Assembly: GCA_051313645.2 (NCBI GenBank)
Contig: JBNRSN020000016.1
Coordinates: forward strand, 58,776,001 to 58,840,000
Length of the DNA: 64,000 nucleotides
From: Centroscyllium fabricii
Lineage: Eukaryota
Direction: 5' to 3'
Numbering within the stretch: the stretch's first letter is position 1; the number at the start of each line of letters is the position of its first letter. This document shows, one piece after another, positions 1 to 10,983 of the stretch. The position numbers and the translations under genes are program-made. The notes beneath the pieces were generated by a model, which was not told where the DNA came from, did no database searches, and saw only the letters and a list, made by a program, of their open reading frames with translations.

Positions 1-2110
1 TGGCAGATAGAAAACAGAGAGTTGGGATAAACGGGTCGTTTTCTGATTGGCGGGCAGAGACTAGTGGGGTACCACAGGGGTCAGTACTGGGACCCCAGCT
101 GTTCACAATATATATTAATGACCTGGATGAGGGAATTGGATGTAACATCTCCAAATTCGCAGATGACACTAAGCTTGGAGGGGGAGTATGCTCTGAGGAG
201 GATGTCGGGAAGCTCCAGAGCGACCTGGACAGATTGGGGGATTGGGCGAACACATGGCAAATGCACTATAATGTGGATAAATGTGAGGTTATCCACTTTG
301 GTAGCAAAAACAGAAAGGCAGAGTATTATTTGAACGGCAATAGATTGGGAGATGGGGAAGTGCAAAGAGATCTGGGTGTTCTTGTGCACCAGTCACTGAA
401 GGTGAGCATGCAGGTGCAGCAGGCGGTCAAAAAGGCAAATGGTATGTTGGCCTTTATATCAAGAGGGTTTGAGTATAGGAATAGGGATGTCTTGCTGCAG
501 CTGGACAGGGTCTTGGTGAGGCCACACCTTGAGTATTGTGTGCAGTTTTGGTCGCCGCATCTGAGGAAGGATGTTCTTGCCATGGAGGGAGTACAGCGAC
601 GATTCACCAGGCTGATACCTGGGATGGCAGGAATGACTTATGAGGAGAGATTGTGTAGTCTGGGCTTATACTCGCTGGAGTTTAGAAGATTAAGAGGGGA
701 TCTCATCGAGACTTATAAAATTCTGTCAGGCGTGGACAGGTTAGATGCAGAAAGGATGTTTCCGATGGCCGGGGAGTCGAGAACCAGGGGGCATAGTCTA
801 AGGATAAGGGGTAAGCCTTGTAGGACTGAGATGAGGAGGAGATTCTTCACACAGAGTGGTGAACCTGTGGAATTCCTTGCCACAGAGGGCGGTGGAGGCC
901 GGTTCATTGAATATATTCAAGAGGGAACTAGATATATTTCTTCAGGCGGCTTACGGCTGATATGAACATCCTGTCAAGCTACCTGACAAACTGGCGCCTT
1001 AAGCTCTCCGTGGCCAAGACCATGTCTTCCGCATACCATCTAAACAACCGAGAGGCAAGCCACGAGCTCAACATCATGGTTGACAACAACAGACTCCAGT
1101 TCCAGGCTGCCCCGACGTACCTCGGGGTCAAGCTTGACCGCACGCTGACGTTTCGCCAACACCTGGAAAACTTGTCCGCCAAGACATCGGCCCGCGTCGC
1201 CCTAATACGCCGCCTAGCTGGTACCACCTGGGGTGCCTCGACCAAGACACTGCGCATCTCCACCCAGGCATTGGTCTTCTCCGCCGCCGAGTACTGCTCC
1301 CCAGTCTGGTGCAGGAGCTCCCACACCAAGAAGCTGGACACAACGCTCAACACCGCCTTACGCACAGTCTCTGGCTGCCTGCGCGCCACGCCGGTCAACC
1401 AACTACCGATACTCGCTGGCATCGCACCACCAACCCTGCGCCGTGAAGCAGCTGTCCTTGCACTGTCCCGAAAAGCCACCAACGATGAGGACCACCTTCT
1501 CCACAAGTTCGTCACAGAGATCCCTCCACGAGCTCGCCTGAAGTCACGACGCCCATTCGCGGAGCACGCCCACCAGCTCCTGCATTCAACACCCGGTGAT
1601 GTCACAAAACGAACCTGGCTCAAACGCCGCTGGACGAAGGAATGGCAGGCAGCAGATCAATCAAGGCTGCACAGATTTGTGGAGGAGCCGGATGAACTAC
1701 TGGGCATGGACCTCCCTCGCCGGCAGTGGACAATGCTCAACCGCCTCAGGACTGGTGTCGGCCGTTTCGCCGCGACCATGAAAGGATGGGGACTCAGGGA
1801 CTCGGCTGTCTGCGACTGTGGTCACCCTGAACAGACAGTCGATCACATCATCGAGTCATGTCTAAAACATCGACCACCCAACGGCGAAGCCGGCATAGCT
1901 GCTCTAGACGACGAAACGCTAGCATGGCTTTCCTCAACCGAGCTGGTGATCTGACAACGGGATACTGAAGCAAACGAAAGAAGAAGGCTTAAGGGATATG
2001 GGGAGAAGGCAGGGACTGGGTACTGAACGTGTAAGATCAGCCATGATCTTGTTGAATGGCGGAGCAGGCTCGAGGGGCCGAATGGCCTACTCCTGCTCCT
2101 ATCTTCTATG
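1..2110 (+). mobile_element. CR1 (HER1-like) LINE, ORF2 RT/C-terminal part plus 3' tail, interrupted at 954-1985 by a Vingi-like LINE
   Basis: SGVPQGSVLGP, FADD and [11 protein letters not shown] motifs; closely similar to the CR1 at 24795-27828; sequence resumes at 1986 with the CR1 3' end (GATCAGCCATGATC...CTATG). Confidence 0.93.
954..1985 (+). mobile_element. 5'-truncated Vingi/Ingi-clade non-LTR retrotransposon (RT thumb to C-terminal CCHC zinc finger)
   Basis: Open 330-aa ORF 962-1954 with YLGVKLDRTLTF, LAGTTWGAS, AEYCSPVW and CDCGHPEQTVDHIIESC; no RNase H; GAAAGAAGAA tail; flanking GGCTTA duplication (948-953 / 1986-1991). Confidence 0.75.
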
Positions 2111-2912
2111 ATTATCTTCTCCGAAATCCAGCTGCACTAACATCACATTCCGAGATGTTTTGGAATCTGTGGAGCTGGGGACTAAGTCTAGCAGGGTTGC
2201 TATGGAAATACTGGGTAGCAATGGCCAAGTTTTATAGTTTTGTCCCAGCAACCATTGCTGCCAGTTAAAAATGTTACATATACCCTTATACAGGTTGTGC
2301 ACCATTAATCCGCCACGGGCGGGACCAGGCCCATGCCGGGAAACTAAAAAAACCGGGAGAATGAAGTTGGACAATGTGCATGCGCGCACCATTCAAAATG
2401 GCTGCTCGCATGCGCACAACATTGGAAATGGCTGCCGACCGGCGAGCGCATGCGCAGATCATGCAATAATGGCCGCCGCGAAGTTTTTTGACGGGCTCAG
2501 GCTTTTGTGGCGTTCCGTTTAGCTTTTAGGGCTGTCGGGCAGCAGTGAAAGGCCGGTCTTGCAGGGGGGGGAAGGGAGGGTTGTGCGGGCGCAGGTCGGG
2601 TCCAGTAGGTCCGCCCTCCCTCGCCATGCGCAGGCCAGTCGGGGATCGCGGAGGAGAAATGGCCGCCTGCAGTGGGCGGCGGTTCGTGTCTCTCCATTGG
2701 GTGACTCTCTCCCTGGTCTCCGGGTCATTGAGGAGGGTTTACTGATCTGTGAGACAGTCGTTTTTCACAAACAAAAAAAAATCATCTTTGTTGATGATTG
2801 CTACAGGGAGTGAACAGGAGAAAAAAAGAAAACACAAAAATGCAGAGAATTTATGACGTAACATTCCTTCAGGGTCAGGCAATTTATCAAATCGCCTGTT
2901 CTGGTTTCAATT

Positions 2913-3115
2913 GTAAGAAGTCACACGGCGCCAGGTTGTAGTCCAACAGTTTTAGTTGGGGTCACGGGCTTTCGGAGCGCTGCTCTTTTGTCAGGTGATG
3001 GGGGAGCAGCGCACCGAAAGCTTGTGATTTCGAGTGGGACTTTTGGTCTATAGCCTGGTGTTGTGTGGCTTCTGACAATTGTCCACCCCAGTCCAACACC
3101 AGCATCTCCAGATCA
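2913..3115. mobile_element. Penelope-like element terminal fragment in fold-back (inverted) arrangement with degenerate hammerhead motifs
   Basis: Inverted arms around ~2997 (CTTTCGGAGCGCTGCTC / GAGCAGCGCACCGAAAG); 11-bp direct repeat TGGTTTCAATT at 2902-2912 and 3116-3126. Confidence 0.65.
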
Positions 3116-3130
3116 TGGTTTCAATTACAC

Positions 3131-3477
3131 CAGCGGTCCCCACCCTTTTTTGGACCGCGGACCATTTTGGGCTAGTCAATTTTTTCGCGGACCGGGTGGG
3201 GTGCTGGCGGAGTTTTTTTCACTGACCGGGGGGGGGTGCTGGCGGAGTTTCTTTCAATGACCGGGGGGGCTGCTGGCGGAGGTTTTTTCACTGACCGGGG
3301 GGGGGTGCTGCCGGAGTTTTTTTTCACTGAGCGGGGGGTTGCTGGCGAGGGTTTTTTGACAGTTAAACGGCTTCCGTCTGTGCCTCGTTAAACGTCAAAA
3401 GCGTTGTTTTAAACGAGGCACAGACTCTTCCGCGGACCGGTAAAAATGTCCCGCGGACCGGCGGTTGGGGACCGCTG
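3131..3477. mobile_element. hAT (Charlie-type) MITE
   Basis: TIRs CAGCGGTCCCCA / TGGGGACCGCTG; 8-bp TSD AATTACAC (3123-3130, 3478-3485); internal ~34-bp tandem repeats. Confidence 0.88.
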
Positions 3478-3849
3478 AATTACACAGCTATCGAGAAAAT
3501 AACCGCCGGCCGTTTTGAATGATCTGCGCATGCGCTCGCCGTCCGGCAACGCATGCGCAGATGATTCAAAACACCCGGCAGCCGTTTTGAATGATCTGCG
3601 CATGCGCAGATCATTCGCCGAAGCCGCGATCGCGGCTGCCATCTTGCGCATGCGCAGTGCAGTCGGGGCAATTTGTTCCGGCAGACTGAAGCTGCCGGCG
3701 TTTCGGGTCACGGATTTTCGGTGCACAACCTGTAATATATATATGCATGTCTCTTATGACTGAAACTACTCATCCTGTAAGTATGATTCCTAATGTTATA
3801 GTCCTACAGCTTTGGTTACTGTACTTAGAGACTGGATAGATTCAAGCTT

Positions 3850-4286
3850 TAGTTCAGACATTTTTTTGTGATCCAACAACCTTCCTTGCATCAATTTAGA
3901 AGAATCTATGGGGGCTGCACTCTCCGCTCTTTCCCTGGGTCTCTCCATTGTTCTTTCTAGCAGATTTGATGTACAGGTCTCTCTAGGCTGCGATTCAAGG
4001 CTGCAATGAGCAGGGTGTGGATGGAGAGCAAGAGCGACCCTCCCCTTTAAGAACTGGCCGGCGCCAGTGTGTCTGTGTTCCATTGCTGACTGACATCACG
4101 TGAGCTTCGCCAGCGCTCTGAGGTAGCACCTCTCTCCTCGGCATTGGCGCCTGATTTAGCAGTCGAATCACCTTCAGGGGCGATAGAAGCCAAGTTTGCA
4201 GTTGGAGGAGATAATTAGCACCAGGTGCTAAACTTTGCGCCAGGCCGATAATTGCGCCCCAATCGGGCGAGACTGAATTTCTCCCC
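3850..4286 (-). mobile_element. Partial copy of the MITE family also present at 55189-55984
   Basis: Reverse-complement similarity to 55300-55740 (e.g. GATGTCAGTCAGCAATGGAACACAGACAC). Confidence 0.6.
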
Positions 4287-4449
4287 AAAGGAGCATCCTG
4301 ATTCTTGGCTAATTTAAATTGGAATTGTCTCCTTTGATACTTAGTCTGTAGTACCTCATCTTTCACAGGTGAAAAGAAAAATAACTTTCATTTACATAGC
4401 ACTTTATCATACCTCTCAACATCTTAAAAGTGCTTGAAGTGCAGTCCGT

Positions 4450-5290
4450 GTCCATATGTGCAAGACCTGGACAACATTCAGACTTGGGCTGACAAGTGGC
4501 AAGTAACATTCGCACCACACAAATGCCAGGCAATGACCATCTCCAACAAGCGAGACTCTAACCATCTCCCCATGACATTCAATGGCATTATCATCGCTGA
4601 ATCCCCCACCATCAACATCCTGGGGGGTTACCATTGATCGGAAACTGAACTGGACCAACCATATAAATACTGTGGCTGCAAGAGCAGGCCAGAGGCTGGG
4701 AATTCTGCGGAAAGTGTCTCACCTCCTGACTCCCCAAAGCCTTTCCACCATCTACAAGGCACAAGTCAGGAGTGTGATGGAATACTCTCCACTTGCCTGG
4801 ATGAGTGCAGCTCCAACAACACTCAAGAAGCTCAACACCATTCAGGATAAAGCAGGCCGTTTGATTGGCACTCCATCCACCACCTTCAACATTCACTCCC
4901 TCCATCACCAGCGCACTGTGGCTGCAGTGTGTACCATCTACAAGATGCACTGCAGCAAATCGCCAAAGCTCCTTCAACAGCACCTTCCAAACCCGCGACC
5001 TCTACCACTTAGAAGGACAAGGGCAGCAGGCGCATGGGAACAGCACCACCTACAAGTCCCCCTCCAAGCCACACACCATCCTGACTTGGACCTGTATCGC
5101 CGCTCCTTCACTGTCGCTGGGCCAAAATCCTGGAACTCCCTTCCTAACAACATTGTGGGTGTACCTACACCATATGGACTGCAGCGGTTCAAGAAGGCGG
5201 CTCACCACCATCTTCTCAAGGGCAATTAGGGATGGGGACTAAATGCAGGCCTAGCCAGCCAGCGATGCCCACATCCCATCAATGGATGAA
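4450..5290 (+). mobile_element. 5'-truncated LINE of a second CR1/L2-group family
   Basis: ORFs 4434-4637 and 4582-5229 (WADKWQVTF, YKAQVRSVMEYSPLAW, AGPKSWNSLP), frameshifted; shared 3' tail. Confidence 0.85.
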
Positions 5291-5730
5291 AACAAAAATT
5301 GTTATGTAAGCAAATCTGGCAACCATTGTTTGGACAGTAAAATCCCAGAACCAGAGATCAGATGAACTGCAATGAATCATTTTTTTGGTGGCATTGTAAC
5401 TGTTGACAACTGGTTTAAAAAAATAAAAAAAATTCTTGCAAAAGGATTTATGGTGACGATATTAAAATTAATGCAAAAATGTGTAACTACCACACTGTCA
5501 CATGATGTGTAACATATGCCTGTCCCCTTTGATCACATCCACAATGTATTTGGCTCATCAAAGATAGTAGCAAAACATTATGTTGAATTTAGTAAGTGAG
5601 ACATGAAAAGCTAGATGTTGAATTGCATTTACTGTAAAGGCAATATTTCAAACCTATAACCGATGGATGAAACATTAACCTAATTAAGCTCCCTAATTTC
5701 TAATAAGTGAACCGTTTTTTTTGTTTCTAG

Positions 5731-5848
5731 AAACACATAAAAGAACATCATGAGGAGGTGCGTGAGCGACCCTGTCCCCACCCAGGATGTAACAAGGTGT
5801 TTCTGATTGATCGCTATCTGCAGCGCCACGTAAAACTTATTCACACAG
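5731..5848 (+). CDS. ZNF276: ZNF276 internal coding exon (KHIKEHHEEVRERPCPHPGCNKVFLIDRYLQRHVKLIHT)
   Basis: tttctag acceptor, GTAAGT donor; C2H2 finger nearly identical to recalled vertebrate ZNF276; phase 1 joins the next exon. Confidence 0.93.
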
Positions 5849-6049
5849 GTAAGTAAGTGACCTGCCAACGGTAGTATCATGTAAACATTTGGATTGTATT
5901 GTCACCACATTTCCTCTCGTATCTCACTTAGTTACGAGTGACCGTGTTCTGCGATCTGGTGGGTATTCTGAGCAAGGTGATTGTTCCCATGATTTCTTTG
6001 CTGCTGCATATATTGCTGGGCTGAAAACAGGTAAAAAAACTGGTCCATT

Positions 6050-6678
6050 TAAGAACATAAGAAATAGGAGCAGGAATAGGCCACTCGGCCCCTCGAGCCT
6101 GCAATAAGATCATGGCTGATCTTGGGCTCAAAGCCACTTCCCCACCCGCTCCCCATAACCCTTCACTCTCTTGCAAAAATCTGTCTATTTCCACCTTAAA
6201 TGTAATTAATGACCCGGCCTCCACGGCTCTCTGGGGCAGAGAATTCCACAGATTTACGACCCTCCGAGAAGAAATTTCTCATCTCAGTTCTAAAAGGGCG
6301 ATCCTTTATTCTGAAACTGTGCCCCCGAGTTCTAGATTTCCCCATGAGGGGAAACATCCTCTCTGCAGCTACCTTGTCGAGCCCCCTCAGTATCTGCAGC
6401 TACCTTGTCGAGCCCCCTCCGTTTCTTTATATGTTTCAACAAGATCACCTCTCATTCTTCTAAATTCCAATGGGTACAGGCCCAACTTGCTCAACCTTTC
6501 TTCATAAGCCAACTCCCTCATCTCTGGAATTAACCTAGTGAATCATCTCTGAACTGCCTCCAATGCAAGTATATCCCTCCTTAAATGAGACCAAAACTGT
6601 ACGCAGTACTCCAGGTGTGGTCTGACCAATACCCTGTACAGTTGTAGCAGGACTTCCCTGCTTTTATACTCCAACCCT
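6050..6678 (-). mobile_element. 5'-truncated CR1 LINE
   Basis: Reverse complement of the CR1 ORF2 end and TTCTTATG tail; small internal duplication at ~6363-6419. Confidence 0.85.
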
Positions 6679-7610
6679 CAGCTGAGATGCCAGCTGAGCC
6701 TCTGGTTGCATCTAGTGCCCAGTTCAATAGATTACTGATGCACTGCAGTTAAAATCGGTTGTTACCATAAATGTTCGAGCTTATAGGGTAGAAATTCCAC
6801 AGGGGTTCTCTTGACATTTCGCCGTAAATTTGGAGAAAGATTGTCGCAATTCCCAGAGAAATGGCCGTTTATGCTTACGGTGGAAATTCCAGGTGCATAA
6901 CTATCTTAATGTTTTCACGTTACCATCATAAATGTAAGATTTTTGTACTTTTAAGTGCATTTGTTGGAGAGTTACTCAACTTATACTGTAATTTTATTTT
7001 TCCTGCCTTTCTACACCAACTTGGAAAATTACATAACAGGACAAGGTATAAACTAATAAAAGGGCAAGTTCAGGACCGATATTAGCAAATGTTCTTCAGA
7101 GTGATCAATACCTGAAAGGATCTTCTGAGTTGGGTAGTGGAGGCAACAACTCTTAAGTCAAGAGGCAGTCGATGATGTGATGGGGAAACTATAGGTTTCT
7201 ATGGCAGGATTATATAGATGGGCCTCCTTAATCACATCCTTCATCTGTGAAGTAAAGATAATTCTGTTCAATTCCACAAGTACAATTAAAGTATGCCTAC
7301 TGCACTGCAATGTCTGTTCAGTCTCTGAAGGGCCTTGGAATGGTTTCTACATTAACGTTGTCTTATAAATGCAAGTTAGTATGATCCTGAGGCATAAAAT
7401 ACACCCATTTGCATCGTACAACAATTGTGGAAATTAAAGTCGATTGATGAAGTGTTCTAATGTCTTCATAAAATATTTGTACATTTTACATCTGCCTTTT
7501 AATTTTTGTGAAATTAAGCATTTCACCTGAAAGAGCTCCGCTTACTGCAAGTTACATTCTGTTGTGGTTTCAAATCTATATGAAGACATTTTTTTTGTTT
7601 TACTTTGCAG

Positions 7611-7710
7611 AAGAAAGAAACTATATTTGTGATGAGTGTGGACAAACTTTCAAACAAGGGAAGCACCTATCAGTTCACCAAATGCGTCATTCTGGAGCAA
7701 AACCTCTACA
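7611..7710 (+). CDS. ZNF276: ZNF276 coding exon (EERNYICDECGQTFKQGKHLSVHQMRHSGAKPLQ)
   Basis: ttgcag acceptor, GTAAGT donor; C2H2 finger; phases 1 and 2 fit the neighbouring exons. Confidence 0.95.
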
Positions 7711-7852
7711 GTAAGTAACCAGCAGAACTCCAAATGTTAAACTTCACAATAGCAAGATGACACAGAGTCAGAGTGATACAGCACAGAAAGAGGCCCTTCA
7801 GCCCATCGCGCCCGTGCCGACCATCAATCCCAGTCTATACTAGTCCCATTTT

Positions 7853-8238
7853 ACATAGAAACTAGGAGGAGTAGGCCATTCGGCCCTTCGAGCCTGCTCC
7901 GCCATTCAATGAGATCATGGCTGATCATCCAAACACAGCACCCTATCCCTGCCCTCTCCCCATATCCCTCGATCCCTATCGAGCCTCCATCGACACATAT
8001 CCCACCCTATCCCCGTAACCCCACATATTTAATCCCCTTAACACTAAGGGTCAATTTATCATGGCCAATCAACCTAACCCGCACATCTTTGGACTGTGGG
8101 AAGGAAACCGGAGCACCCGGAGGAAACCCACGCAGACACGGGGAGAATGTGCAAACTCCACACAGATAGTACCCGAGGCTGGATTTGAACCCGGGTCTCC
8201 AGTGCTGTGAGGCAACAATGCTAACCACCGTGCCGCCC
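7853..8238 (-). mobile_element. HE1-like V-SINE (tRNA head, V domain, CR1-derived tail)
   Basis: Pol III A/B-box head (GGTTCAAATCC), V-domain TGCGTGGGTTTCCTCCGGGTGCTCCGG, 3' tail shared with the CR1s. Confidence 0.88.
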
Positions 8239-8488
8239 TGTTTTCCCGCATTTGGTCCGTAGCCTTGTATGCTGCGGCATTTCAAGTGCTCATCCAAATG
8301 CTTTTTGAATGTTGTGAGGGTTCCCACCTCTACCACCCTCTCAGGCAGTGAGTTCCAGACTCCAACCACCCTCTGGGTGAAAAAGTTCTTCCTCACATCC
8401 CCAAGATACCTCCTGCCCCTTACCCTGAAATTATGCCCCCTCGTTATTGACCCCTCAACCAAGGGAAAAAGTTCCACTCCATCCACCC

Positions 8489-8746
8489 TGTAACCTTCAA
8501 TAACGTCCACGGAGTCGTGTAGTAGATTAGAACAATCAGGCTTTTATTGACTACAGTAAGAATGCACACCAGCAAGCTGACTGTCCCCTAGAATGACATG
8601 GGGGATGGGGGCAGTCACTTATATACTCCCTCCAGCGGGGGAGTCGTGGGCGGAGCCAGGTATGCTCCATGTATCACAGTGGAATGCATTACAGGTATGG
8701 GTTACATGGTGATTAACTATATACAGTGATATACACGTTTATCACA
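8489..8746 (-). repeat. Gypsy 3' LTR (258 bp)
   Basis: Direct repeat of 14639-14897; TATA and AATAAA on the - strand. Confidence 0.95.
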
Positions 8747-9080
8747 TTCACCCCTTCTTTAAGAACGAAAATACAGCGGGGTGAAGGACTAACAATTACA
8801 AAGGTGATCAGAAAAATATATATATATACAAACGCAGTTCTTATGATTACAAGTTTAATCTATCAGGCGCTCCCCCAGCCGAGTCTTTCAGGTGGTTTGG
8901 TTGTCCGCGTCGATCTTCGCACCGCTGGTGGTGCCTGTGGTGTTCGTGGTCGTGGAGCGGCTGGTTGTGTCTGTTGCTCCATTGATGCCGGTCGACTAGT
9001 GGTGGTTATGTTACTTCTGGGTGGCGGTGGTGCCCTTATTCTGACAGCAGGGGGCGCGTTCTCTCCTTCGTCCTCTGACT

Positions 9081-10982
9081 CTAGGGGGCGCGCGCTGTGG
9101 ATCCAAGCTTGGGGCCAGGTCGTGCTGCTCGCAGGTGCCTTGAGCATACTGGGGCCACGTGTCGGGGAGCGTACTTCGGCTTCGGCGGCATGGGGCGCGT
9201 CACAGGACATTTTGGGTGCGCGACCTGCTGGGCGGGGCTTCTTGGGGGCTCGGGCTGCCTGGCGGGGCTGGGCTTTGGGACTCCTGCTGGGGCTAGGTCC
9301 TTTATGGACACGGTGTCCTCCCTCCCATCTGGGAACGCTATGTAAGCGTACTGGGGATTTGCGTGCAGGAGGTGGACCCGTTCGACTAGGGGATCTGCCT
9401 TGTGTCCCCTCACATGCTTCCGAAGCAGGACCGGTCCCGGAGATAGTAGCCACGATGGTAGCGAGGTCCCGGAAGCCGACTTCCTGGGGAAGGCAAAAAG
9501 TCGTTCGTGAGGGGTGGCATTGGTGGCAGTACAGAGGAGGGACCGAATAGAGTGGAGGGCTTCGGGGAGGACGTCCTGCCATCGGGTGACTGGGAGATCT
9601 TTAGACCGTAGGGCTAACTGGATGGCTTTCCAGACAGTGGCGTTCTCTCTCTCTACCTGCCCGTTCCCCCGGGGGTTGTAGCTGGTAGTCCTGCTAGTCG
9701 CGATGCCTTTCGCTAGCAGGAACTGGCGCAGCTCGTCGCTCATAAAAGAGGTCCCCCGGTCACTATGGATATAGTTGGGGTACCCGAACAGGGAGAAAAT
9801 GCTATTGAGAGCCTTGGTGACGGTGGCGGAGGTCATGTCCTGGCAGGGAATAGCGAAGGGGAAGCGGGAGTACTCATCTATCACGTTAAGGAAGTACACA
9901 TTCCTATTAGATGAGGGAAGGGGCCCTTTAAAATCGACACTGAGTCGTTCAAAGGGGCGAGTGGCCTTGATCAAGTGCGCCCGGTCTGGCCGGTAGAAGT
10001 GCGGCTTGCACTCCGCGCAGACCTGGCAGTTGCTGGTCATGGTCTTGACCTCCTCGATGGAGATGGGGAGGTTGCGGGACATCACAAAGTGAACCAACCT
10101 GGTGACCCCCGGGTGGCAGAGGTCATTGTGGAGAGTTTGGAGATGGTCAGCCTGTGCGCTGGCACAGGTACCGCGGGATAGGGCATCTGGGGGTTCGTTA
10201 AATATCCCGGGCCGGTACAAGATATCATAACTGAACGCAGATAGTTCAATTCTCCACCTTAATATCTTGTCGTTCTTTATTTTACCCCGTTCTTTGTTAT
10301 TAAACATGAATGCGACTGATCGTTGGTCAGTCAACAGGGTAAAACGTTTGCCGGCCAGGTAGTGCTTCCAGTGCCGCACTGCTTCAACGATGGCCTGGGC
10401 CTCCTTCTCGACTGAGGAATGGCGGGTTTCGGGGCCTTGGAGGGTACGTGAAAAGAAGGCCACGGGTCTGCCCGCCTGGTTAAGGGTGGCGGCCAGGGCG
10501 AAGTCCGATGCATCGCTTTCCACTTGGAATGGGACGGACTCATCTACCGCGTGCATCGTGGCTTTGGCAATGTCGTTTTTAATTCTGCAGAATGCCGAGT
10601 TGGCTTCTGCAGAAAGGGGGAAAGAGGTCGATTTAAGTAGTGGGCGAGCTTTGTCCGCATAATTGGGGACCCACTGGGCGTAATAAGCAAAAAATCCCAA
10701 ACACCGTTTAAGAGCTTTGGGGGAGTGGGGGAGGGGAAGCTCCATGAGGGGGCGCATGCGGTCCGGGTCTGGACCGATGACTCCATTCTCCACCACGCTG
10801 CCGAGGATGGCCAGGCGGGTGGTACTAAACACACATTTCTCCTTGTTATATGTTAGGTTCAGGGTTTTGGCCGTGTGGAGAAATTTTTCGAGATTGGCGT
10901 TATGGTCCTGCTGATCATGGCCGCAGATGGTCACATTATCAAGGTACGGGAAGGTCGCTCGCAGCCCGTACCGATCAACCAT
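9081..10982 (-). pseudogene. Gypsy pol, 3' part (RT C-terminus, RNase H, integrase)
   Basis: 633-aa ORF; the typical RRSTR..PPERL end lies in another frame (8863-9582), implying a late frameshift. Confidence 0.9.
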
Positions 10983-10983
10983 T

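Larger units (their letters stand above)
2291..3732. mobile_element. Non-autonomous Tc1/mariner (Tigger/pogo-like) DNA transposon carrying nested insertions
   Basis: TIRs CAGGTTGTGCACC / GGTGCACAACCTG flanked by TA on both sides. Confidence 0.75.

Noticed and set aside
979-1623. Long antisense ORFs over LINEs (also 326-607, 14877-15482, 27058-27339)
   Set aside because: Shadow ORFs of retroelement coding sequence that recur in each copy
8726-9582. Possible env-like or antisense accessory ORFs at the Gypsy 3' end
   Set aside because: GC-rich, low-complexity integrase tail; the 8863-9582 frame carries the normal RRSTR..PPERL pol ending, so a frameshift is the simpler explanation; no convincing env features
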